Shown here piece by piece: positions 12,570 to 26,059 of a DNA stretch of 64,000 bases (position 1 is its first letter; every line of letters begins with the position of its first letter). A program made the position numbers and the translations under genes. The notes under the pieces were generated by a model. It was not told the DNA's origin and did no database searches. It saw only the letters and a list, made by a program, of their open reading frames with translations. Source of the DNA: Eledone cirrhosa (lineage: Eukaryota). The stretch lies in contig CAXHJY010000892.1 in the NCBI GenBank assembly GCA_964016885.1, positions 34,391-98,390 on the forward strand. Reading direction: 5' to 3'.

Positions 12570-15380
12570 AGGGGAACACGCCAATCAGATACATTATATC
12601 CTTACCAGAAGACGTGACAGAGTGTCTGTTGTAAACACTAAATCCCTCCCCCCATGAAGAATGCACCTCCCAACATAGCCTCATAGTTAGCGACCTCATA
12701 GTCAGGACGAGACGTACTCGACAACAGAGGAGGACTATCCTTAGGAGAAAAATATGGAAGTTAAAGGACCCCACAGCCAGTAATAAATTTAAAAGCATAT
12801 TACTTGATGCTTTTGACAGTAAGGAAGAGCAATTAGAGTCGCACAATATAGAGGAACAGTGGGAATTCCTGAAAGCTAACCTGCTGAAGGCAACAGATGA
12901 AATCTGTGGCTGGAGCAGACCTATAGGCAGGAGGAGAGTAACTTGGTGGTGGAACAGTAAGGTGGAGGAGTCAATTAAGGCCAAAAAGCAGGTTTAGAAA
13001 GTATGGCGGGATGGGGGAAGTAGAAAAGACTATCAAGTGGCCAGGAGGGAAGCTAGGAGACAAGTGTACTTCGCAAGAAGGGAAGCAGAGGAAAGAAAGT
13101 TAAAGCATGTTCTACAACGCGATGACGAAAAACGTGAGGTGTTCAGGATTGCTAGGCAATGTGTCAAGGAAAACCGTGATATTGTCGGGTAGAGGTGTGT
13201 CCATAATAATAATGGTGTACTTGCCCTCACTGATACTGATAAGAAGATAGCTTGGAAGTGTCACTACGAGAGACTACTAAATGAGGAGAATAAATGGGAG
13301 AAAGACAGTCTTCCCCACATCGATCCAATAGAGTGACCAGCAGTGCAAGTTGAAGGTAGTATAATAAGTAAGGCAATCAAAGATATGAAGACGGGCAAGG
13401 CGGCTGGGCCTTCAGAAATAGTTGCTGAAATGCTGAAAGCATCTGGAACGGTGGGACACACTATGGTCACCTGGATAGTTAACCAAGTCATACAGAATGG
13501 GGTCGTACCAAAGGACTGGCGTAGCAGCATCATCATTAACTGCTACAAGGGTAAAGGGGATGCCCTAGATAGGGGAAACTATAGAGGCATTAAATTAATT
13601 GACCAGGTCATGAAGGTCACAGAAAAAGTAATAGCGCAACTAATCAGAGACCGAATTGAACTCGATGAAATGCAGTTCGGGTTTGTGTCAGGTAAAAGTA
13701 CCACAGGCGCACTTTTCATTGTACGACAACTACAGGAGAAGTACCTAGCTAAAAATAAACCCCTATACTTAGCTTTTGTTGACTTGGAGAAAGCCTTTGA
13801 CAGAGTCGCACACCCCATTATCTGGTGGGCCCTCAAAAAACTAGGTGTTGATGAATGGCTGGTGAGAGCTATACAAGCCATGTATAAAGAAACAGTCAGC
13901 AAGGTTAGAATTAACAACGAATATAGTGAAGAGTTTAGCGTAAGAGATGGTATTCATCAGGGCTCCGTCCTTAGCCCCCTCCTATTTATTATCGCCGTCT
14001 CCCCCCGGCTATAACAGAGGAGTTCAAGACCGGCTGCCCATGGGAACTTCTAAACGCAGATGATCTAATGCTCATAGCCGAATCAATGGCTGAACTAGAG
14101 AAGAAATTCCAAACATGGAAGCATGGCCTAGAATCAAAAAGCCTTAAAATTAACTTGACTAGGACTAAAGTTCTAATATGTAGGAAGGAAAATAGGGCAC
14201 TGGTCCCATCTGGGAAATGGCCATGCTCAGTGTGTAGGAAAGGAGTAGGCAGAAACTCCATTTTATGTCCCAAATGCAAAGTATGGGCGCATAAAACATG
14301 TAGTGGGATCACAGGTAAGGTAACTAACAATATAGATTTTATAGTGGCCGGTGCTCAGGTGCAATAAGAAGCAGCAATGCCCACAGAATACTAGCTCATT
14401 CCATTGCCCAGATGGTTCTATAGAAATAGTGGACACCTTTCGTTACCTGGGTGACAAAATCAGCAGTGGTGGAGGGTGCTCCGAAAGTATTGTAGCTAGA
14501 GTCAGAACGGGATGGAAAAAGTTCAGAGAGCTTATACCACTATTGGCCGCTAAAGGTTTCTCTCTAAAAATGAAAGGCAGGCTGTATGATGCCTGCATAC
14601 GAACAGCGATGTTACATGGCAGTGAGACATGGGCCTTGTGTGCAGAGGATATACGCAGACTGGAGAGGAATGAAGCTTGCATGCTCTGTTGGATGTGTAA
14701 TAGTAATATACGCGAACGGCAAAGCATATATGAACTAAGTGAGAAATTAGGAATAAGAGGGATCAGATGCTGTTTGCTCGAGAGAAGACTACGTTGGTAT
14801 GGTCACGTGATGCGCATGAAAGACGACAGCTGTATAAAAAAGAGCAGGCCAATCAAAATAGACGGTAGCTACGGAGTAGGTAGACCCAGAAAAACCTGGG
14901 ACGACTTGATAAATTCCGACCTCACACACTCACACCTCTCCAAGACAATGTCACTAGACCGAGATCTTTGGCGCTACGCAGTAATACAGAAGACCTGCCT
15001 TGCCTAAGTACAAAGCGAAACCTACAGTCAGTATGCACCTCTTAACCAAAATACACCCCGTCCCACTACCCCCACCCCACCCCCATCTACACCACCCCTT
15101 TCGATGTAAAGTTATGTTGGTACCACAACATCCAGTCCTAAATAAATGAGGTTGTGTAGGTGTCACGACAAAAAAACACAGTCCACGCTGTAATGTGGCC
15201 GTGTAGGTAACACGGTAAAAACCTCCCAGTCCACACTAAACGTGGTTGGTGTTAGGAAGGGCATCCAGCCGTAGAAAACCCACCAGACAGTCTTGAACAA
15301 GACAACCAATCTTGCCTCAAGTGGGACAATTCCCGTCCAGACCCAGGCTAGCGTGGAAGATGGACGTTAAACGATGATGA
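12570..15380 (+). mobile_element. 5'-truncated RTE LINE with stops and frameshifts
   Basis: ORFs 13343-14014, 14068-14367 and 14351-15007 cover the RT, PHD and C-terminus. (GAT)n tail, (TA)n on both sides. Confidence 0.95.
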
Positions 15381-15416
15381 TATATATATATGTATATATA
15401 TATATATATGTATATA

Positions 15417-15958
15417 CGAGGGCAATCCCAAAAGTAAGGTCTCCAAAGCGATGGGGATGCAGAGAAATATTTTGTACGGCTGTTGGCAACACTATTGTGA
15501 TTGGTGCTTCCTTCACTCCCAAACAAGCATGCGCGCGCTTCGCTGGGATGCTCAATCTTGGCTTGGCAGCCGTTGAGAATGGAGCTCCCGTTGAACGCTA
15601 CCGTCAAGTGCGAAGTTCGCGCAGTTATTCGGTTTTTGAACGCAAAATGCGTTTAACCGATTGAAATTAATCGCCAATTGATGGAAGTGTATGGACAGTC
15701 GTGCATGGATGTCAAAAACGTTCGCAAGTGGTGTAGAGAGTTTACAGACCGTCGTACTGAAATTCACGACGAACAAAGGAGCGGGAGACCATCAATTTCC
15801 TACGAGAGAGTCGCAATTTTTCCGTTAAAATCCTGTGTATGGTGCTTCGGCAAACCTCAGGAACCAAAATGCAGAGAGCATCCAGAGTGATCCTCCGATC
15901 TTTATGCATGTTTTCCTCAACCTTTGCGACTGTCTCGTCGGAAATTGATGGTCTCCCG
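15417..15958 (+). mobile_element. Truncated mariner element with internal inversion
   Basis: TA|cgagggcaatcccaaaagtaag TIR. HTH 'VYGQSCMDVKNVRKWCREF..DEQRSGRPSIS' is on +, and its continuation 'GRPSISDETVAKVEENMHKDRRIT' is on -. Confidence 0.85.
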
Positions 15959-16055
15959 GTCTTAGTCTTTATCTTTTTAGATAGATACATAGATATAAAG
16001 TTGCACCCTTATAATATCTGTCTGCATTACGTCATTATGACGGTGTGTGTGTGTA

Positions 16056-16096
<41 letters not shown>

Positions 16097-16834
16097 TGAA
16101 CGTTTTTCGAAATATTTACTTCTGCATTCACAGATTTATTATTTTAGTTTCAGAAGATCCCGTTAAGGGTGAAAGCAGCGATTCTTTGCTTAAACTTTAA
16201 TCTGTTATTTTAATATATATGTGTGTGCCATCATCATCGTTTAACGTCCATCTTCCACGCTTGCATGGGTTTGGAATATGGGTGTATATATATATATATA
16301 TATAATTATCTATAAGTCGTTTGGAAGCCTCGACAATGCAAATGGGTAAATCTCCGGGTAACAAGGTCCGGTGGTGGAGAGAAAGATGTAAGTGGGTGTA
16401 CGTTGAGATGCGTGGTGTGTATAAGATGTGTGAGATGCGTAGAATGAAGGGAAGAGTATAAAGGATAAAAATAAGAATAGTAAAAAATACGGTGAAATCT
16501 TATATTTCTAATTTCAAACTGGCTCACTGTTTCAAAACATACTTACTTGTATATATATATATGTATATGTATATATATGTATTTGTATATATATATGTAT
16601 ATGTATATACATATACATATATGTATATATATATATATATATAACCCATGCTAGCGTGGAAGAACGGACGTAAACGGTGATGATGATGATGATGATATGT
16701 ATATATATATATGTATATGTATATAACCCATGCTAGCGTGGAAGAACGGACGTAAAACGGTGATTATATGTATATGTATATATATATATGTGTATATGTA
16801 TATATATATGTATGTATGTATATGTATATGTATG

Positions 16835-16884
<50 letters not shown>

Positions 16885-16887
<3 letters not shown>

Positions 16888-19427
16888 CATCATCATCATC
16901 ATCATCGTTTAACGCCCATCTTTCCCGCTAGCATTGGTTAGATGGGAGTTGTCCCACTTGAGGCAAGGTTGGTCGGGTGACCGTGTCTCGCTCATATAGG
17001 ACTATCTGGCAGGTTTTCTACGGCTGGATGCCCTTCCTAACACCAACCACATTTACAGTGTGGAACTGGGAACTTTTTACCGTGTTACCTACACGGCCAC
17101 ATTACAGCGCGGTCTGTTTTTTTATCGTGATACCTACACGATCTCGATCTCATTATCTCATTTATTTGGACTGGATGTTGTGGTACCAACTTTACAGAGA
17201 GAGGGGGGTGTCAGTGGGAGGGTAGGGGTAGTGGATTGGGGGTGATATTTGGTTAAGAGGTGCCTTCTGACTGTAGGTTTCGCTTTGTACATAGGCAAGG
17301 TAGGTCTTCTGTATTACTGCGTAACACGAAAGATCTCAGTCTAGTGACATTGTCTTAGAGAGATGTAAGTGTGTAAGGTCGGAATTTATCAAATCGTCCC
17401 AGGTCTTTCTGGGTCTACCTACTCCGTAACTTCCATCAATTTTGATCGCCCTGCACTTTTTTTATACAACTGTCGTCTTTCATACGCATCACGTGACCAT
17501 ACCAACGTAGTCTTCTCTCAAGTAAGCAGCATCTGATCCCTCTTAGTCCTAATTTCTCACTTAGTTCATTTATGCTTTGCCGTTCACGTATATTACTATT
17601 ACACATCCAACGGAGCATGTATGCTTCGTTCCTTTCCAGTCTGCACAGGTCCGCTGCATGCAAATCCCATGTCTCAGTGCCATGTGGCATTGCTGTTCAA
17701 TTACAGGCATCATACAATCTTCCTTTCATTTTTAGAGAGAAACCTTTTGTGGGCAACGGCGGTATAAACTCTCTGAACTTTTTCCATCCCGTTCTGACTC
17801 TGGCTACAGTACTTTCGGAGCACCCTCCACCACTGCTGATTTTGTCACCCAGGTAACGGAAAGTGTCCACTATTTCTATAGAACCATCTGGGCAATAGGA
17901 GCCAGTATCCTGTGGACACTTGCTACTTATTGCACCTGAACATCGGGCACATATAAAATCTACGTTCTTAGATAGTTTACCTGTGATCCCACTGCATCTT
18001 GGGACATAAAATGGAATTTCTGCCTACTCATTTCCTACACACTGAGCATGGCCATTTCCCTGAGGGCATCTGTGCCCTATTTTCCTTTCTACAAACTACA
18101 ACTTTAGTCTTAGACAAGTTAACTTTAAGGCCTTTTGATTCTAGGCTATGCTTCCATGTTTGGAATTTCTTCTCTAGTTCAGCCATAGGTTCAGCAATGA
18201 GAGTTAGATCATCTGCGTATAGGAGTTCCCATGGGCAGCCGGTCTTAAACTCCTTTGTTATAGCCTCAAGGGCAATAATAAATAGGAGGGGGCCTTGATG
18301 AGGACAGAGCCTTGGTGAACACCAACTTTTACACTAAATTCTTCACAATATTCATTGTTAATTCTAACCTTACTGACTGTTTCTTTATACATGGCTTGTA
18401 TAGCTCTCACAAGGCATTCATCTACACCTAGTTTTCTAAGAGTCTACCAGATAATTGTGTGGGGGACTCTGTCAAAGGCTTTCTCCAGGTCTACAAAAGC
18501 TTTCTCCAGGTCTACAAAAGCTAAGTAGAAGGGTTTACTTTTTGGCTAGGTACTTCTGTAGTTGTCGTACAAGGAAAAGAGCGTCTGTGGTACTTTTACC
18601 TGACACAAACCCAAACTGCATTTCATCTAGATCAATTCGCTCTCTGATTAGTTGTGCCATAACTCTTTCTGTGACCTTCATGACCTGGTCAACTAACTTA
18701 ATGCCTCTATAGTTTACCCTATCTAGAGCACCCCTTTACCCTTGTAGCAGTTAAAGATTATGCTGCTACGCCAGTCTTTCGGTATGACCCCATTCTGTAT
18801 TACTTGGTTTACTATACGGGTGACCAGAGTATGTCCCACCGTTCCAGATGCCTTCAACATCTCAACAACTATTTCTGAAGGCCCAGTTGCCTTGCCTGTC
18901 TTCATATCTTTGATTGCCTTACTTATTATACTACGTTTAACTTGCACCGTTGATGCTTCTATTGGATCGATTTGGGGCAGACTATCTTTTTCCCATTTAT
19001 TCTCCTCATTTAGTAGTCTCTCGTAGTGACACTAATAAACTATCTTCTTATTAGTATCAGTGAGGGTAAGTACACCATTATCATTATGGACACACCTCTC
19101 TCTGACAATATCACGGTTTTCCTTGACACATTGTCTAGCAATCCTGAACACTTCACGTTTTTCGTCCTCACGTTGTAGAACATGCTTGAACTTTCTATCC
19201 TCTGCTTCCGTTTTTGCAAGGTTCACTTGTCTCCTAGCTTCTCTCCTGGCTCCTTGATAGTGTTCTCTACTTCCCCCATCCTGCCATACTTTCCAAGCCT
19301 GCTTTTTGGCCTTGATTGTCTCCTCCACCTTAGTGTTCCACCACCAAGTTACTCTCCTGCCAATAGGTCTGCTCCAGCCACAGATTTCATCTGTCGCTTT
19401 CAGCAGGTTTACTTTCAAGAATTCCCT
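16885..19427 (-). mobile_element. 5'-truncated decayed RTE LINE
   Basis: ORFs 19032-19439, 18723-18947 and 17436-17690. 3'UTR and (GAT)n tail at 16885. Confidence 0.95.
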
Positions 19428-19595
19428 ACATAAATACATATTTATTTACGTACGTATAGCACGGAGTGCATGTGCATAAACACACACGCACCGTGTTATA
19501 TTTTGACGGTATTGTATTAGCTCAAAGTACGAGAACAGAGCCGTTATATGTAAAAGAAACCAAAGAACGTTTACATACTCAAACAGTTTTTATTT

Positions 19596-19640
19596 GCTTA
19601 CAATGTTTCATCCATACCGTTGGGTAGGAATCATCAGAGC
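19596..19640 (-). ncRNA. Minimal type I hammerhead ribozyme in a solo pLTR/retrozyme-like monomer (~19430-19850)
   Basis: Minus strand: gct-CTGATGA-t-tcctacc-caac-ggtatgga-t-GAAA-cattg-TA-agc. Both core boxes are intact. Confidence 0.8.
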
Positions 19641-20424
19641 TTAATAAACACAGTGCTGAGTATAAGCTCTACCAAGCTTAGTCACACGAACAATCGGATT
19701 CCTATTTTAAAAGGTATCTATATTTGAAGTGCTAGTTAAACTTTAATTGGTTACCTACCTAGCTATGTGTGCTTACATATTTTACAAATTATTCCCTGTG
19801 ATTGTTCCATATGTTTATTTTGTATATATATGTCAATCTATTTCTAGTTGATATATATGTATATATGTATATTTATACGTATGTATATATATATATGTAT
19901 ATATGTATATTTATACGTATGTATATATATATATGTATATATGTATATTTATACGTATGTATATATATATATGTATATATGTATATTTATACGTATGTAT
20001 ATATATATGTATATATGTATATTTATACGTATGTATATATATATGTATATATGTATATTTATACGTATGTATATATATATATATATGTATATATATTTAT
20101 ACATATGTATATATATATATATATATGTATATTTATACATATGTATGTATATATGTGAATATATATATATATATGTATATATGTATATTTATACATATGT
20201 ATGTATATATGTGAATATATATATATATATGTATATATGTATATTTATACATATGTATGTATATATGTGAATATATATATATATGTATATATGTATATTT
20301 ATACATATGTATGTATATATGTGAATATATATATATGTATATTTATACATATGTATGTATATATGTGAATATATATATGTATATTTATACATATGTATGT
20401 ATATATGTATGTATATTTATACAT

Positions 20425-21080
20425 ATCATCATCATCATCATCATCATCAACGTTTAACGTCCGTGTTCCACGCTTGCATGGGTTTGGACGGGGGTATTCC
20501 CACTTGAGGCAAGAGTGATTGTCTTGCTCGCATAGGACTGTCTGGCAGGTTTTCTACAGTTGGATGCCCTTCCTAACACCAACCACATTTACAGTGTGGG
20601 TCTGGGAGGTTTTTACCGTGTTGCCTACACGGCCACATTACAGCGTGGACTGTGTGTTTTTTTGTCGTGACACCTACACGATCTCATTTGTTTCGGCCTG
20701 GATGTTGTGGCACCAACATAACTTTACATAGGAGGGGTTGTGTGGATGGGGTGTGGGTGGTGGGACGGGGGTGTATTTTGTTAGAGATGCCTACTGGCTG
20801 TAGTAGGTTTTACTATGTATTTAGGTAAGGCGGGTCTTCTCTATTACTGAGTACCGCCAAAGGTCTCGGTCCAGTGACATTGTCTTGGAGAGGTGTAAGT
20901 GTGTGAGGTCGGAGTTTATCAGCTCGTCCCAGGTTTTTCTAGGTCTGCCTATTCCGTGGCTACCGTCTATCTTTATTGCCCTGCACTTTGTTATACAGCT
21001 ATCGACTTTCATGCGCATCACGTGTCCGTACCAACGTAGCCTTCTCTCGAGTAAACAACATCTGATCCCTCTTATTTCTA

Positions 21081-21086
<6 letters not shown>
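20425..21086 (-). mobile_element. RTE 3' fragment, close paralogue of 29696-30340
   Basis: ORF 20821-21021 (GRPRKTWDELI), 3'UTR and (GAT)n tail. Confidence 0.93.
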
Positions 21087-21123
<37 letters not shown>

Positions 21124-21127
<4 letters not shown>

Positions 21128-21451
21128 AGTCCCTGGTATTCGTGGGGTTACACTCCTAGAGCAACCGCGAAAATTGGACGTAGTCCATAAAAATGCCTAG
21201 AAGCGTAAAAATATAATAAAAAATGAGGGACCGCCTTATGCAAAAGGGGTGTCCAATAGGCCAGCAAATATCATATTGTCATTAATAATTTAGCGTTAAA
21301 ACATATATTTTGACACAAAAAGAGTCATTAAAAAATTGCAGAAGATATTTACGATTCCGCGAAGATGCGGTGGTTTCCATGAACAATTATTAATTAGGTT
21401 CTTATGAAAATTTCGCGAATAACTGGGACCGCAAATGCCGAGGGTACACTC
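21124..21451. mobile_element. pogo/Tigger-like MITE
   Basis: TA|caatagtccctggtattcgtgg ... cgcaaatgccgagggtacactc|TA, degenerate CAGT-type TIRs. Confidence 0.6.
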
Positions 21452-21886
21452 TATATGTATGTGTGTATATATATATATATACACACAGCAGGGAAAAGCA
21501 GATGTAAAATGATGATGATGCTGATGATGATATATATATATATATACACACACACACACGTATATGTATGTATATGTCTGTGATTGGAAAGGAAACCAAT
21601 CACACACACACACACACACTACTTCAAGTATAGGTCATATTGTTTCTCAACAGTTTACCATTCTCTATAGTGGCACCTAAGATTAAGCATGATTATTAGA
21701 TGCCATAGAAAGGCAAAGTTTTGAGGGTATTCTGTAGTTGTTATATTAAATGTGGGATTTTGAAAGCTGAGGATAGCAAGACAAGTGATTCAAAAATGGA
21801 ACTTTGTAAAGTTCTCGTTTTCGGTGTGTGTGAATGTGTCTGGCTTAGAAAAGGTACACTGTATCCCTGCATGTTGTAAAAATCAG

Positions 21887-22327
21887 TTAACCCTTTAACA
21901 TTTAAACCAGTCGTATCTGGCCAGAATTCCCTCACCTCTTTCTGTTCAAACTGGCTGTAACCAGCTGCTCATACTGAGGTTAAGGTATTGTTCTCAACAT
22001 ACGTAATATGAAAATCTCATAGATTCATTATTATTTGAGATAATTTTGTGAGTTATAACCTTTACTATAAAAATCATCATCACCGTTTTACGTCCATTCT
22101 TCCACACTAGCATGGGTTAGACGGGTTGTCCTGTTGTGGGCAACGCCAGGTCAAGTGACTATGTCTTGCTCATAGAGAACTGATTTTGGCTTGATTTCTA
22201 CAGCTGGATGCCCTTCCTAACACCAACCTCATTTACAGTGAGTACTGGGTGCTTTTTTTTACCGTGGCGCCTACACAACTGAAAATATAACAGTATATAT
22301 AGAGTAATGTAAATGCCAAAGGGTTAA
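21887..22327. mobile_element. piggyBac-type MITE with a nested RTE 3' fragment (22075-22278, minus)
   Basis: TTAA|cccttt...aaaggg|TTAA. Further copies near 25320-25512 and 28152-28340. Confidence 0.8.
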
Positions 22328-22677
22328 AAGAGTTGGTGCCAGGAAAGGCACCCAGCTGTTATACCAGTATGGAATGGTTCATGTAAAAATGATGATGATG
22401 GTAGTATAATTGTAAATCTGAGCACTCGTAACGAGGACAGATGTTGGAAAAATGGAGCCACACAGATGCACGCTCAAATCTTTATGTCATTGGCTCTGCT
22501 GGGTCTCACCACAATTTCTGTGCAATAAGAAGAGGATTATTCATCCCAGTGCACCATGGAAGACAACACAAGATGAACATTCTGTCTACCACTGCCACAT
22601 ACATAACACTGTCAATCATTTTTGGGAAGAGGGGAAATCATTTAAAACGACCCCAGTGCATATGTTACTGGTACTTT

Positions 22678-23191
<514 letters not shown>

Positions 23192-23638
23192 GAGTTAAAG
23201 AGAAACAGGTAAAGGAAGAGAGAAAAACGAAAGAAAACAAAGAAAGAAGGAAAGCAGGTAAGGATAGAAAGAAAGAAAAAGCATAGAAAAGGAAAGAGAG
23301 AAGGACATGGAGGAAGAATGAAAGGAAAAAAAGGAAGAAAGAACGGAAGAGAAAAAGAAAGAAAGATGGTAAGAAGAGAGAGAGAGAGAGAGAGCTGAGT
23401 CAGGTGTTCTGTGGTAGGTAATTTGTTGTATATAATAAACTCTGTGGAAAAGTGGTTGTTTTCTGGTTAAAATTACTACAAATAGACATTCCATCACGTT
23501 GCCCTTCAGTGCAACTGTCTGTCTCTCTTCACCTCTACTTGTCACCCCCTCTCTCTCACTATCTATCTATGTATTTGTCTATCTATCTATTTTCTCACTT
23601 TTACTATTTATCTATCTCTGTGTCTGTCTATATATCTA

Positions 23639-23670
<32 letters not shown>

Positions 23671-23850
23671 ACTAAATTTAAAGCAAACCTATTACTTATG
23701 GTGAGCTACACTGATTGAGTGCTGATTAAGAGGTCAATAAGATCAGATGCCGTTCCAGATTGTAGGTCAGTAGGTTCAAATCCCATGGGGGTAACTAGCC
23801 TATTGTGTTGTTCATATTATTAGTGTCCATTATAATTATTACTACTACTA

Positions 23851-24040
23851 GGGCGGTGGATTGGCAGTATCGGTAGAGGGTCGGACGCCATGCTTTGACG
23901 CATAGAGTTATGGCCCTTGCCATTCTGAGTTAAAATCCCGCTGAGGTTAACTTTGCCTTTCATCCTTATGGGGTCGATAAAATAAAGTACCAGTAATACA
24001 CTGGGTAATTGCTGGCCTTGTGCTAAAAGTAGAAACAATT
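23851..24040 (+). mobile_element. Nin-domain tRNA-derived SINE (octopus OK/OR-like)
   Basis: Head tggcagtatcggtag...gagttaaaatcccg. Core gcctttcatccttatggggtcgataaaataaagtaccag. Confidence 0.8.
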
Positions 24041-24227
24041 ATAATTATTACTACTACTTAGCCCAATGTTTAACACAGCGAATAAGTAATCTTCAATTAC
24101 GCACACACACAAGTGTGTGTGTGTAATGCATGAAATTGCATGCTAGAAGGTGGCTGAATCGATAAAAATGCAGTTGTATGTTCAGCTTATGTAACTTTTT
24201 CTGCTAATACTATATATATCATGTATC

Positions 24228-24395
24228 ATATCATCATTTTACGTCCGCTTTTCCCTGCTTGCAAGGGTGGGACGGGAACTGATTCTGGCTTGATTTCTAC
24301 AGCTGGATGCCCTTCCTAACACCAACCTCATTTTACAGTGAGTGCTGGATGCTTTTTTGCCGTGGCACCTGCACGACCACTTTGCAGTGGTATGA
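24228..24395 (-). mobile_element. RTE 3'UTR fragment
   Basis: ctacagctggatgcccttcctaacaccaacc plus the terminal hairpin. Confidence 0.85.
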
Positions 24396-24443
24396 TAAGG
24401 ACCCCAGTCCCTATCATCTCATTTCTAATATATATATATATAT

Positions 24444-24693
24444 TTATGTAATAAACAACATAAGGCAACTACTCCATTTACCAGTGGTTTCCTAAAAGCA
24501 AAAAATTCCGCCTCCAATCATCAGAACGAAAAAATCCTGGTCTGTTTATTGAATTTGGATTCTAAAAACTTATTGAATCCAAATTCAATAAACAGACCAG
24601 GACCCTTCCACTCCGATGACCGAAAGCAACATTTTTTGCTTTCAAGAAACCACTGGTAAATGGAACAATTGCCCTATGTTGTTTATTACATAA
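24444..24693. repeat. Fold-back (119-bp arms, 12-nt loop) with an outward-pointing hammerhead in each arm
   Basis: Left arm (-): CTGATGA...GAAA-ccactgg-TA-aatgga. Right arm (+): ttccact-CcGATGA-ccgaaagcaa..ttgctttcaa-GAAA-ccactgg-TA-aatggaa. Confidence 0.9.
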
Positions 24694-24767
24694 CTATTAA
24701 GCTCTGTTACCTACATAGAGCACTCTTTTTTCCTGGACTTTTCCGACGGAATTACTTCACATATATT

Positions 24768-24833
<66 letters not shown>

Positions 24834-26059
24834 TTGTAAATTGTGGATCCATTGAAAATATGATTAGGTATATCTAATGTATAAGGCAGTGAATTGGCAG
24901 GGTCATTAGAATGTCGGGTAGAATGCTTTATGGTACTCGTTCTAGCTCTCTGAGTTCAAATAACGCCTCGAAAGGATGAAAGGCAAAGTACTGGGGTCGA
25001 TTCTTCATTTATCTGGAAGAAATCTGCTGTACTTAGGCCTAGAGCGGGATGGGCCCCGCCAGGCTTAAAATGCTCAAGAAAAGCCGTATGTCAATACAGC
25101 GCCTCTACAACTCTATCAGGAGTTACGGGATCATACCATACCATATCTAACATATATATATGAATGCATGTATTTAAGTGAATACATATGTCTTAGTGGT
25201 TAGGGTGTGGTGAAAGTTGATTAAATTGACTCCAGTAATTGACTGGTACTTTAATTTATCAAACTTGAAAAGATAAAAAACCAAAGTAGGCTAGCAGTGC
25301 TGGCTCCGTGTCTAAAGCCACAATTGGTCACTTAAATTCCTGCAGATTAAGGGACTGATCTTAGCATCTGTCCACCTCGGCAATTGTTCTCAAAATAAAT
25401 AATATCAAAATGTCATAGATTTGATATTATGAGAGATAATTATGTAAGATAAAGTGTTTATTACAAAAATACAATCGTATATATAGAGTAATGCAAATGC
25501 TTCAGGGTTAAATAGCCACTCCAACTCGCAGAGCTCACTCCGGCAGATGGCCAACTCCGACCTGATAACAGTCAGTAGGGAGGTTGTTTAGGGACCAAAG
25601 AATACCAGAACTATCCACTTCTACAAGCTTTCTATCGGAAAGTAGCCGATACTTCAACAGTTTGTGATCTTCAGGTTGTTGGGCAGGCAATGGGCAATGA
25701 TGCCTGGGTTTGTCTATATACAGCTAAACAGACTGAGCTAATTGTCAGTTAAATGTCCTGGCTACTGACACAGCACTCTATCAACAAGAGGTCAACAACT
25801 GCTGACCTCTCTATACAATTTAGTTATGTCTCTGTACATTCCAAGTGTCAAGTCCTTTGCTTTTCACACTGTGGGAGGAAGAGATACTGAGAGGTTGGGG
25901 GGGGAGGGAGGGAGGAAGCCATACTGAGAGGCGGAGAGAGGAAGGAGGGGAGGTGGTGGGGGAGGTCAATAAACTAATTAACAGCAATATAAATGTTGTT
26001 GATTTAAACAACTGTAGTGTAAATTTGTGGCAGTGTGCCAGTGTAAGGAATTATTAGCT

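Noticed and set aside
16100-16205. CAGAAGA-tccc..gggt-GAAA motif (paralogue at ~50098-50207)
   Set aside because: U4 is altered in both copies and there is no UH site or convincing stem I. It is a dispersed repeat, not a supportable ribozyme.
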